Shown: positions 50,827 through 58,981 of the stretch, piece by piece
Position numbering within the stretch: position 1 is the first letter of the stretch
Layout: each line of letters opens with the position of its first letter
NCBI GenBank assembly: GCA_036273915.1
Contig: DASUGR010000015.1
Location: forward strand, 1-63,829
DNA from: Planctomycetota bacterium
GTDB taxonomy: Bacteria > Planctomycetota > PLA2
DNA: 63,829 nucleotides
Reading direction: 5' to 3'
The notes under the pieces: generated by a model
Database searches by the model: none
What the model saw: the letters and a program-made list of their open reading frames with translations, nothing else
Told to the model about the DNA's origin: nothing
Position numbers and translations under genes: made by a program

Positions 50827-51612
50827 ATGCTGCGCGGCGTGATCGAATTCGACGCCGCCGTGCCGGCGGGGGAGCGGCCGCTCGTGGCGGGGCTCCTCGG
50901 CAACGCGGCGTTCCTCGCGGAGACGCTCCGGAACGTGCTCGGGGCCGCCCGCGCCACCTCGCTCCGCGTGCGCCCGCTCGGCGGGGATCCCGGGGACAAC
51001 AAGGTCCTCTACCGGGTCGACACGGACGCGGGGCCGTTCGTGCTGAAGCATGCGCTCCGGAAGGGCTTCCTCTGGTTCCGGCCGCGCGGCACCTTCAAGT
51101 GGAAGGAGATCGAGCGGTTGAAGGCGCTCTCCGGCAACGGCGTGACCCCGCGCTTCGGCGCGCACACGGCGACCGCCGGCCGCGAGGCGTACACGGAGGA
51201 GCTGATCGAGGGCGTGAGCGGCGCCGCGGCGAGGGACCCGGAGCAGGTGCGCGCGCTCGCGCGGATGTGGCTGAGGGTCGCGAAGCTGCTCGGCAACGTC
51301 GGCCCCTTCTGGCGCGTGCCGGGCAGCACGATGGGGCCGGGCAACGCGATGTTCCCGAGGGGCGGCGGCGCGCCGGTGGTGGTCGACGTCGGGAGGACGC
51401 GGTTGAGGACGCCCGGCCGGATCGTGACGAAGCTCGTCAGGACGCACGGCCACGCGGATGCGGTCCTTCAAGGCATCGAGGAGGCGCTGGGGGGTCCGGG
51501 GGCGCGGCGCTTCTTCCGCGCGGCACTCCGGCAGGTGAAGGACGACGCGCTCGCCGCGGCGCTGCGCGCGCACGCCGCTTCCTTGCAGCGTGCGGGATCC
51601 TCGACGCCGTGA
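50827..51612 (+). CDS. Kinase-fold-like (APH/LPS-kinase-like) hypothetical protein; the catalytic HxD is apparently not conserved
   Basis: Starts at an internal ATG at 50827 (MLRGVIEFDAAVPAG) of ORF 50599..51612. VLYRVDTDAGPFVLKHALRKG resembles a nucleotide-binding lobe. GPGNAMFPRGGGAPVVVDVG occupies the position of the catalytic loop. Confidence 0.5.
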   Translation: MLRGVIEFDAAVPAGERPLVAGLLGNAAFLAETLRNVLGAARATSLRVRPLGGDPGDNKVLYRVDTDAGPFVLKHALRKGFLWFRPRGTFKWKEIERLKALSGNGVTPRFGAHTATAGREAYTEELIEGVSGAAARDPEQVRALARMWLRVAKLLGNVGPFWRVPGSTMGPGNAMFPRGGGAPVVVDVGRTRLRTPGRIVTKLVRTHGHADAVLQGIEEALGGPGARRFFRAALRQVKDDALAAALRAHAASLQRAGSSTP

Positions 51613-52256
51613 CCGACGCGTGGCAGCAGCGCTCCAACCAGCGATTTCGCGGCGAGGGGTACGCGGCCTACTACGAGGGGCGCTACCGGAGCTTCCTCAA
51701 GGGCACGCTCAAGCACCGGCTGCGCTGCGCGGTCCTCAGGCGCGCGTTCCGCGACGTGCCGGCGGGGAGCCTCGTCCTCGACGTGCCGTGCGGGACCGGG
51801 CGGTTCACGGGGTTCCTGCTCGGCCGCGAGTACCGCGTGTTCGGCACCGACATCGCACCCGAGATGATCCGAATCGCGAAGGGGAAGGCGGGCGAGATCC
51901 CGGGGATCCTCGGCTGGGCGTCGGCGGACGCGACGCGGATGCCGCTTCCGGACAAGAGCGTGGACTCGGTGCTCACGATGCGCCTTTTCCACCTCGTGCC
52001 GGCCGAGGTGCGCCCGGCGATCTACAGGGAGCTCGCGCGGGTGTGCCGGGGCCAGCTCGTGCTCTGCTTCAACTGCAACAAGTGGGCGCTGAAGCATCTC
52101 GGCAAACGATTGCGCGGCGAGGCGCCGGAGTACCTGAAGACGAAGAGCGAGCTCAAGCGCGAGCTCCTTGACGCGGGCCTCCGCGTGGAGCGCATCCACA
52201 CGAAGGGGTTCGGCCCCTTCTCGACGCTCTGGGCCGTCGTCTGCCGCCCGGCGTGA
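51609..52256 (+). CDS. Class I SAM-dependent methyltransferase
   Basis: The GTG start at 51609 overlaps the upstream stop as GTGA. Motif I is VLDVPCGTGRFTGFLL, followed by VFGTDIAPEMI and a Methyltransf_11-like core. Confidence 0.85.
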   Translation: MTDAWQQRSNQRFRGEGYAAYYEGRYRSFLKGTLKHRLRCAVLRRAFRDVPAGSLVLDVPCGTGRFTGFLLGREYRVFGTDIAPEMIRIAKGKAGEIPGILGWASADATRMPLPDKSVDSVLTMRLFHLVPAEVRPAIYRELARVCRGQLVLCFNCNKWALKHLGKRLRGEAPEYLKTKSELKRELLDAGLRVERIHTKGFGPFSTLWAVVCRPA

Positions 52257-52283
52257 CGTATCATCGGGCGCGGAGGTGCGCCG

Positions 52284-52676
52284 ATGACGGAGACGAAGCG
52301 GGTTCCCACGGAGCTGGAAACGAGGGCGCTCCTGCGCACCGTCGCGAGCAGGATGAAGGACGACGAGGTCATCGGCGAATACGCGTCGGCGTCCGCGCGG
52401 GTGCGGGCCAGCCGCGTGGTCTTCCCGGTCGTCTTTTTCGCAGGATTGACCCTTGCCCCGTTCCTCGACCGATCGGTGCCGTTCGCGGCCTGGGCGGCGC
52501 TGACCGCGCTGCTCGCGCTGGTTGCCGACCAAGCCGTCACCATCGCGCGGCTCACGAGGGCCACCGGCGCGCTCGCGCGCACGGCGCAACGCGCGCGGCC
52601 GGCGGAGCCCCTCCCCCGCGCCCCCTTCCCTTCGCCCCAGCGAGGAAACCGCCCAGCGGGCGGCGAGCCGGCGTAG
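52284..52676 (+). CDS. Small membrane protein (2 transmembrane helices), unknown function
   Basis: ORF track, 130 aa, with GGAGG 8 nt upstream. The helices are VVFPVVFFAGLTLAPFL and FAAWAALTALLALVA. Confidence 0.65.
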   Translation: MTETKRVPTELETRALLRTVASRMKDDEVIGEYASASARVRASRVVFPVVFFAGLTLAPFLDRSVPFAAWAALTALLALVADQAVTIARLTRATGALARTAQRARPAEPLPRAPFPSPQRGNRPAGGEPA

Positions 52677-52688
52677 GGGGTCCGGGGG
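52676..52688 (+). repeat. Exact copy of GGGGGTCCGGGGG, overlapping the last base of the stop codon at 52674-52676
   Basis: Read directly. It forms an inverted pair with 52769..52781. Confidence 0.9.
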
Positions 52689-52768
52689 CGTGGCAACCAT
52701 GTCACCGCCCCCGAGGAACGGCGACCCTCATGTGATGCCGACTGCTCGCGAGGGCTCGACGGTCCCCT

Positions 52769-52781
52769 CCCCCGGACCCCC
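52769..52781 (-). repeat. Reverse-complement copy (CCCCCGGACCCCC) of the 13-mer
   Basis: Read directly, 80 nt downstream of the forward copy in the same spacer. Confidence 0.9.
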
Positions 52782-52841
52782 TCCCCTCGCTTCCCGACAC
52801 TTCTGGCGGGCGGCGAAGGCGATCGCTATCCTCGCCGATCT

Positions 52842-53135
52842 ATGCGCCAGACCATCGCCTGCCTCTCCCTCGTCGCGTTCCTCATCGCCGGCTGCGGCGG
52901 CGGCGGCGTCGAGGGCGACCTCAAGAAGTCGGGAGACACCCTCCGCAAGGACGCCGAGGGCATGAGCGTCTCCGATCTCGAAGCGAAGATGAAGGAGATC
53001 GAGGAGTACAGCAAGAAGATGCAGAAGGAGATGGGCGACGGCGAGCCCACCCAGGCTCAGATGGAGAAGATGACCAAGCTGATGGAGGTCACGGGCATCT
53101 ACGCAACCGCCCTCATGCAGAAGAAGATGAAGTAG
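52842..53135 (+). CDS. Small lipoprotein with a Lys/Glu/Met-rich helical body
   Basis: ORF track, 97 aa. MRQTIACLSLVAFLIAGCGGGG carries a lipobox. Confidence 0.75.
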   Translation: MRQTIACLSLVAFLIAGCGGGGVEGDLKKSGDTLRKDAEGMSVSDLEAKMKEIEEYSKKMQKEMGDGEPTQAQMEKMTKLMEVTGIYATALMQKKMK

Positions 53136-53142
53136 CCGCGCG

Positions 53143-54609
53143 CTACTGCAGCGACTGGATCACGGACTTCACCTCGGTGTAGTGCTCGAGCGCCGCGGAG
53201 CCGAGCTCGCGGCCGAAGCCGCTCCGCTTGTAGCCGCCGAACGGCGCCGCCGGGTCGTACACGTTGTACGTGTTGACCCACACCGTGCCCGCCTTGAGCC
53301 CGCGGGCGACGCGGTGCGCGCGGCCGACGTCGCGCGTCCACACGCCCGACGCGAGGCCGAACTCCGTGTCGTTCGCGATCTTGAGCGCCTCCGCCTCGTC
53401 CTTGAACGCGATCACGCTCGCGACGGGGCCGAAGATCTCCTCGCGCGCGATCGTCATGTCGTTCTTGACCCGGTCGAAGATCGTCGGCTCGACGAAGTAG
53501 CCCTTGCCGTTGACCGGCACGTGGCGGCCGCCCTGGACGAGCCGCGCGCCGTCCTCGCGGCCGCGCGCGACGTACTTGAGCACGGTGTCGAGCTGCGCCT
53601 TCGACGCCTGCGGGCCGAGGCGCGTCTTCGGGTCGAGCGGGTCGCCGTGCGACATCTTCGCCGCGCGCGCCTTGAGCATCTCGACGAAGTCGTTGACGAC
53701 CTTCTCCTCGACGAGGATGCGCGAGCCGGCGGCGCAGACCTCCCCCTTGTTGTAGAAGACGCCCGCGATGGCGCCCTTCACGGCCGACTCGAGGTCGGCG
53801 TCGGCGAAGACGATGTTCGGCGACTTGCCGCCGAGCTCCATCGTGACGCGCTTCATGGTCGCGGCGGCCTCGCGAAGGATGCCCTGGCCGGTCTTCGTCT
53901 CGCCGGTGAACGCGATCTTGTCGACCGCGGGGTGGCGCACGAGCGCGTTGCCGACGGCGCCGCCGGGGCCGGTGACGACGTTCAAGGCGCCCTTCGGCAC
54001 GCCGGCCTCGACGAGGATCTCGGCGAGGAGCAGTGCGGAGTGCGGCGTGAGCGACGCGGGCTTGACGACGCACGTGCAGCCGACGGCGAGCGCGGGCGCG
54101 AGCTTCCACGACAGGAGGAGCATCGGGAAGTTCCACGGCGTGATCATGCCGACGACGCCGACGGGCTCGCGCAGGGTGTGGACGAAGAAGCCGGGGATGC
54201 CGGGGAGCGTCTCGCCCGCGACCTTCGTGGCCCAGCCGGCGTAATACTCGAAGAGGTCGGCGGTGAAGGGGACGTCGATCGCCTTGCCCTCGCTGACGGG
54301 CTTCCCCATGTCGAGCGCCTCGCAGCGCGCGAGGTCCTCGGCGCGCTCGCGCATGCGGGTGGCGGCGCGCCAGAGGATGCGGGCGCGCTCGGCCGGCGCC
54401 ATGCGCGGCCAGGGCCCCTCGTCGAAGGCCTTCCGCGCCGCGAGCGCCGCGCGGTCGACGTCGGCCTCGCCGGCCTTGGCCAGGACGCCGCTCGTGTCCT
54501 CGGTGGCGGGGTTGGTGGTGGTGAAGGTCTCGCCGCTCTGCGCGGGGACCCATTCGCCGTCGATGAGGAGATTTCGGTCCGGCAGCTTCGTCGTCATAGC
54601 GCGAAGCAT
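53143..54609 (-). CDS. NAD(P)-dependent aldehyde dehydrogenase
   Basis: ORF track, 488 aa; an alternative ATG lies at 54597 (MTTKLPDRNLLIDGEWV). ALDH signatures are present: FTGETKTG, ELGGKSP and the catalytic Cys region FYNKGEVCAAGSR. Confidence 0.93.
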   Translation of the reverse strand: MLRAMTTKLPDRNLLIDGEWVPAQSGETFTTTNPATEDTSGVLAKAGEADVDRAALAARKAFDEGPWPRMAPAERARILWRAATRMRERAEDLARCEALDMGKPVSEGKAIDVPFTADLFEYYAGWATKVAGETLPGIPGFFVHTLREPVGVVGMITPWNFPMLLLSWKLAPALAVGCTCVVKPASLTPHSALLLAEILVEAGVPKGALNVVTGPGGAVGNALVRHPAVDKIAFTGETKTGQGILREAAATMKRVTMELGGKSPNIVFADADLESAVKGAIAGVFYNKGEVCAAGSRILVEEKVVNDFVEMLKARAAKMSHGDPLDPKTRLGPQASKAQLDTVLKYVARGREDGARLVQGGRHVPVNGKGYFVEPTIFDRVKNDMTIAREEIFGPVASVIAFKDEAEALKIANDTEFGLASGVWTRDVGRAHRVARGLKAGTVWVNTYNVYDPAAPFGGYKRSGFGRELGSAALEHYTEVKSVIQSLQ

Positions 54610-54674
54610 AACTGGAACCGGAAGCAGGGGGGGCCGGGGGGCGGATCGGGCAACCCGCGCGGGCCCCCGGCGCT

Positions 54675-55394
54675 ATGATCTCGTGCGTGGTGACGACGAA
54701 GGCCAGGACGGCCGATCCACGCGAAGTGCCCATCTATCCGGTGGCGCTGGCCGCGTTCTGCCTCCACGGGATCCCGCAGAGCACGCTGCGGGCGTGGGTG
54801 TTCGGCCAGGGCAACTTCCGGTCCGTGATCACGCCCCACGACAAGTCCGGGCGCCTGCTCTCGTTCGTCAACCTCGTGGAGGCGCACGTCCTCGCCGCGA
54901 TGCGTCGCACGCTCGGCCTCAACATGCCGAAGGTGCGCCTCGCGATCCGGAACGTGTCGCGCGAGCTCGGGATCGAGCGGCCGCTCGCGAACGCGAGGTT
55001 CCGGACGGACGGCGTGGATCTCTTCGTCGAGGAGCTCGGCCAGGTGAAGCTCGCGTCGGGCGACTTCCGGCAGACCCTGCTCACGGACATCGGGGCTTTC
55101 CTCAAACGCGTGGAGTGGGACGCGCACGACCTGGCCAAGAGACTGTTCCCCTTCCCGCGGCACCTCGACCTCGCCGGAATCCGCGAGGCCGACCCGCCGA
55201 GGCTCATCTCGATCGACCCGCGGGTCCAGTTCGGCCAGCCGGTGCTCGCGGGAACGCGCATCCCGACGGCGACGATCGCCGAGCGGTTCTTCGCCAACGA
55301 ACCGATGGCGGCGATCGCCGGGGACTACGGCATCTCCCTTGATCTCGTCGAGGCGGCCATCCGTTGGGAGCAGCCGAGGGAGAAGGCAGCGTAG
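54675..55394 (+). CDS. DUF433-domain protein with an extended N-terminal domain (putative antitoxin)
   Basis: ORF track, 239 aa. The C-terminus (IDPRVQFGQPVLAGTRIPTATIAERFFANEPMAAIAGDYGISLDLVEAAIRWE) matches the DUF433 pattern. The N-terminal roughly 170 aa are additional. Confidence 0.75.
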   Translation: MISCVVTTKARTADPREVPIYPVALAAFCLHGIPQSTLRAWVFGQGNFRSVITPHDKSGRLLSFVNLVEAHVLAAMRRTLGLNMPKVRLAIRNVSRELGIERPLANARFRTDGVDLFVEELGQVKLASGDFRQTLLTDIGAFLKRVEWDAHDLAKRLFPFPRHLDLAGIREADPPRLISIDPRVQFGQPVLAGTRIPTATIAERFFANEPMAAIAGDYGISLDLVEAAIRWEQPREKAA

Positions 55395-55804
55395 GGCCGG
55401 TCTTCTTCGTCGAGGCCGGTCTCGGCGCCTACCGCGTCCCCGACGGGCTCGAGGCTGCGGGGGCGCACGTCGAGCGCCACCGCACCCACCTGCCCCAGGG
55501 AGCGCCGGACGCCGACTGGATCAATCTCGCGGCGAAACGCGGCTGGGTCGCGCTCACGAAGGACCGCTTCCACATGAGGAAGGGGGACCGGCTCGAGCGC
55601 GAGGCGATCCACGCGTCTGGCCTGCGCGTGTTCGTTTTGCGATCCGCGAATCTCACGGGCGACGAGATGGCGAAGGCGTTCGAGCGGGCGCTGCCTCGGA
55701 TGAAGGCCATGGCGGCCGCACATCCGGGCCCGTTCATCGCGCGCGTCCACAAGGACGGCCGCGTCACGATGTGGCGCGAAGGCGACGGCCTGCTCCGACC
55801 GTAG
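55364..55804 (+). CDS. DUF5615/Mut7-C PIN-like protein (putative toxin partner of DUF433)
   Basis: ORF track, 146 aa. The TTG start overlaps the upstream gene by 31 nt. FFVEAGLG...DADWINLAAKRGWVALTKD resembles the DUF5615 family that typically follows DUF433 genes. Confidence 0.65.
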   Translation: MGAAEGEGSVGPVFFVEAGLGAYRVPDGLEAAGAHVERHRTHLPQGAPDADWINLAAKRGWVALTKDRFHMRKGDRLEREAIHASGLRVFVLRSANLTGDEMAKAFERALPRMKAMAAAHPGPFIARVHKDGRVTMWREGDGLLRP

Positions 55805-55811
55805 CTCGGTG

Positions 55812-58800
55812 TCACTTCGGCCGCTTCATGGCGATCGTCGCCTCGCCGGCGGCGACGCGGTGGGTGAGCGATCCGTAGAGGCCAGTGCGGTCCCGCGCGG
55901 AGAGCGCCGCCGATTCGAGGTCCTCGGGCACGAGGATCTCGAACCTGCCCTGCGCGTCCGAGAAGGCCTCGTACGACAGGCGGGACTCGTCCGCCGCGGA
56001 GACCCGCGCGCCGGACACGGGCTTGCCGTCCGGGCCCACGACGGTGCCGCGAAGCGGGATGCCCGTCCGGCACCGCATCTCGATCTCCTGGCCGTTGGCC
56101 GTGACGCGTTGCGACTTCGGCCCGACGAACCCCAGCGCGCGGGAATCGACCTGGCACCACACGAGGATCTCCTCGTCCGGCGCGTTCGCGATCGACACGC
56201 GGCCGTCGGCGCCGGTCTCGACCGATCCATCGGGAAGCGACGGGGAACAGCCGACGCTTGCCCCCTCGAGCGGCGTCCCGTCGGGCGCCAGCACGCGGAC
56301 GGTGATCTTCCTGTCGTACGGTCGAGGCTCCACGCGGATGACGACGTCCCGCGCCCCAGCCAGGACGTCGCGCACCTCGCCATGGATGTCAGCTCTTTGG
56401 ACCAGCGTTCCGCCCGCGGCCTGCGAAGGCTTGTACCTGGCCGTCACGTGGATGTCCGCGACGCTACCGGGAGGGACAACGAGGCGGAATCGTCCGTGCC
56501 CGTCCGTGGTAACGAACTCCGAGACCCCGGGCTCCCGGCGCCCCTCGACGACCGCCTTGGAGATCGGCGTCCCGTCCGCGTCCGTGACCATGCCGCGGAT
56601 CTCCTCCCAGCGCGGGAGGACGAACCGCGCCTCAGTCGCGTCCTCCGGAAGATCGGTGATGGGGCTCACATGTCCGTACGGCGAGGCCTGGGGCCCGTGC
56701 ACCTTCTCGATCCGGCCGGAGACTCCGGCCTCCGCGCGGCCGAACGCGTCGGAGCGCGCGAAGGACGCGCCGCCCGCATGGTCGATGCAGATCTGTGCGC
56801 CCGTGACGGGCGCCTCCGCATCGTCCGTGACCCAGACGACGAACGTCCGTTCCACGGGGAACATGAACCGGACGTCGAGCACGTCCTCGTCGCCGACGCG
56901 GACGGTTTGCGAGGCTCGCTTGTCGGTGCCTCGCGAGACCGAGAGGCGGTACGTTCCCGGCGAGACGTCCGGGAACTGGAACCGTCCGAGGTCGTCCGTG
57001 AAGCGGCCCTCGCCGCGGAAGAAGGCCCGGTCCGCGAGGAGCAACACGAACGCGCGCGCGACCGGGGAGCCGGCGGTGTCCTGCGCAACCCCCGCAATGC
57101 GAAGGCCCCGCGGCAACACGATGTCGCCGACCTGGGTGGTCCCGTTCGCCGTTTCGAAGTTGATGACGTGCAGCCCGTGGTCCCGCGCCTGCACGACGAG
57201 CGAGTGCGGTGTCTTGGCCTCGAGCGGCGTCAGCCGGAACGTCCCGTCGCTGCCACTGGTCGCATGCGCACGACTGAGCGGCACTGCCGGCGAGCCCCTT
57301 TTGTCACCGAGCGCCGAGAGTGCGGCACCGGCCACCGGCCGGCCGTCCGCGTCGAGAACTCGCCCGTAGGCGTCGATCCCCTTCTGGAGCGAGAAGTCGT
57401 GCTCGGTGGCCGCGCCCAACCTGGCCCACGCCATGACGTAGCCGTCGGCTACGGCGTAGATGGTCTCGTCCTCGCCCGTCCACCCGTTGAGACGGTACGT
57501 TCCATGGGCATCCGTTCGGGTGTCGGGGGAGAGGCGCTGGCCGATCCCGACCTGCGCGGCGGCGATGGGGCGTCCGGTCGCGGCGTCCACGACACGTCCC
57601 GTTCGCATCCGTCCCGCCGGAAGCACGTACTCGACCTCGGCTCCCGCGCGGGTCTCGATCCAGAAGCCGCTCCCATAGTCAGGATGGACGGCATTGACCA
57701 TCACGAGCGTGTCCTCGGGGAAGCGATCGAACGTCGCCCGGCCCTGCGCGTCTGAGTACGCGGTCCGCTCGATCTCAATGTCGCGGGTCCCCTTGACATC
57801 GACCTCCGCGGCCTCAACCGGGCTGCCGGATTGGTCTGTGACTCGGACGACGAGAACGCCCGGCCGTGGAAGCACGACGCGAACGCGCCCGCCCGCCTGG
57901 AGACGGGGGATCTCGATCGTCGCGCAGCCCCTGGCGGACGCGCGGAGCCACACCTCCTGCGCAGGCTCGAGCCGAATCCGGAACGTCCCGTCCTCCGCGC
58001 TCCTGGTGCCCGGACCGTCGATGCCGGCGTCGGCCTCCGGACGATACATGGCCACGCGGCGGTACGGATACGAGACCGTCCGCAGCTCCGCGCCCGCGAT
58101 GGGACTGCCCGCGCGGTCCACCACGATGCCGTGCAGGTCGCGCTCGCGGTCCACCGCGTTGAAGTCCACCGGGTCAGGCAACGCCGGCGCCGGCGGGAGC
58201 GATGCCTCGGCCTCGCGCGGTGCCGGCGCACGCGCGGTTTCCGCGCGCGGCGGCGGGCCGCTGCCCCCGGAGCCCCCCCACTTCACGGCCGCAAGGGTAA
58301 GAAGAATGCAAACGACGGCCGCCACCGCGACCTTGGCTTTCGCGCTCATCAACGCCACCCCCGCCACGGACACCTTGCGCGGGTCCATGGCCAACAATGC
58401 CAACAGGGGAAGCCATGAGCGGTTGCCGCCGCATTGGGCGTCGAGCCGCGCGCGCAGCATCGCGAGCCCGCGCTTGAGCCGCGTGCGCGCGGTCTCCTGC
58501 GGCACCCGCAGCCGCGCCGCCAGCTCGCGGACGGAGAGGTCGTGGAAGTAGTGCAGCACGATCGCCGTCCGGTAGGGCTCGTCGAGCGCCCGCACCGCCT
58601 CGACGACCCGCCGCTGCACCTCGATCAGCTGGAGCGCCTCGTCCGCCGGGCCCACCGCCTCCGGCCGCGCCGCGCGGAGCTCGCGCTCCCTGCGGCGCCG
58701 CTCGCCGCGGCGCGCCATCCGCGACAGGTTCCGCGCCACCGCGCCGAGCCAGCCGCGCAGATTCGGGCCCTCCGGCGGCCGTTCCATCGCGGCCAGCAGC

Positions 58801-58913
58801 GCCTCCTGCACGACGTCCTCCGCGGCGTCGTCGTCGCGGAGGAGCCCCTTCGCGATCGCGCGCAGGAAGGCGCGGTGCTCGAGCAGCGCCTCGGGCTCCG
58901 GCATCTCCGCCAT
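55812..58913 (-). CDS. Second ECF sigma factor / transmembrane helix / CarboxypepD_reg-like array fusion (paralogue of 42478..45195)
   Basis: ORF track, 1033 aa. Sigma region 2 reads LLEHRAFLRAIAKGLLRDDDAAEDVVQEALLAAM. Region 4 reads YRTAIVLHYFHDLSVRELAARLRVPQETARTRLKRGLAMLRARL. The transmembrane helix is VAVAAVVCILLTLAAV. About 820 aa of repeats follow (SAEDGTFRI, DAQGRATF, DAHGTYRL, GSDGTFRL, DGHGRFRL, DAQGRFEI). Confidence 0.87.
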   Translation of the reverse strand: MAEMPEPEALLEHRAFLRAIAKGLLRDDDAAEDVVQEALLAAMERPPEGPNLRGWLGAVARNLSRMARRGERRRRERELRAARPEAVGPADEALQLIEVQRRVVEAVRALDEPYRTAIVLHYFHDLSVRELAARLRVPQETARTRLKRGLAMLRARLDAQCGGNRSWLPLLALLAMDPRKVSVAGVALMSAKAKVAVAAVVCILLTLAAVKWGGSGGSGPPPRAETARAPAPREAEASLPPAPALPDPVDFNAVDRERDLHGIVVDRAGSPIAGAELRTVSYPYRRVAMYRPEADAGIDGPGTRSAEDGTFRIRLEPAQEVWLRASARGCATIEIPRLQAGGRVRVVLPRPGVLVVRVTDQSGSPVEAAEVDVKGTRDIEIERTAYSDAQGRATFDRFPEDTLVMVNAVHPDYGSGFWIETRAGAEVEYVLPAGRMRTGRVVDAATGRPIAAAQVGIGQRLSPDTRTDAHGTYRLNGWTGEDETIYAVADGYVMAWARLGAATEHDFSLQKGIDAYGRVLDADGRPVAGAALSALGDKRGSPAVPLSRAHATSGSDGTFRLTPLEAKTPHSLVVQARDHGLHVINFETANGTTQVGDIVLPRGLRIAGVAQDTAGSPVARAFVLLLADRAFFRGEGRFTDDLGRFQFPDVSPGTYRLSVSRGTDKRASQTVRVGDEDVLDVRFMFPVERTFVVWVTDDAEAPVTGAQICIDHAGGASFARSDAFGRAEAGVSGRIEKVHGPQASPYGHVSPITDLPEDATEARFVLPRWEEIRGMVTDADGTPISKAVVEGRREPGVSEFVTTDGHGRFRLVVPPGSVADIHVTARYKPSQAAGGTLVQRADIHGEVRDVLAGARDVVIRVEPRPYDRKITVRVLAPDGTPLEGASVGCSPSLPDGSVETGADGRVSIANAPDEEILVWCQVDSRALGFVGPKSQRVTANGQEIEMRCRTGIPLRGTVVGPDGKPVSGARVSAADESRLSYEAFSDAQGRFEILVPEDLESAALSARDRTGLYGSLTHRVAAGEATIAMKRPK

Positions 58914-58981
58914 GGCTTCTACCCCTTCCTTGCCGCCGGCGCCATCGGGGGGTTCGGACGGCGGGGCGCGCGAACGCTAGA

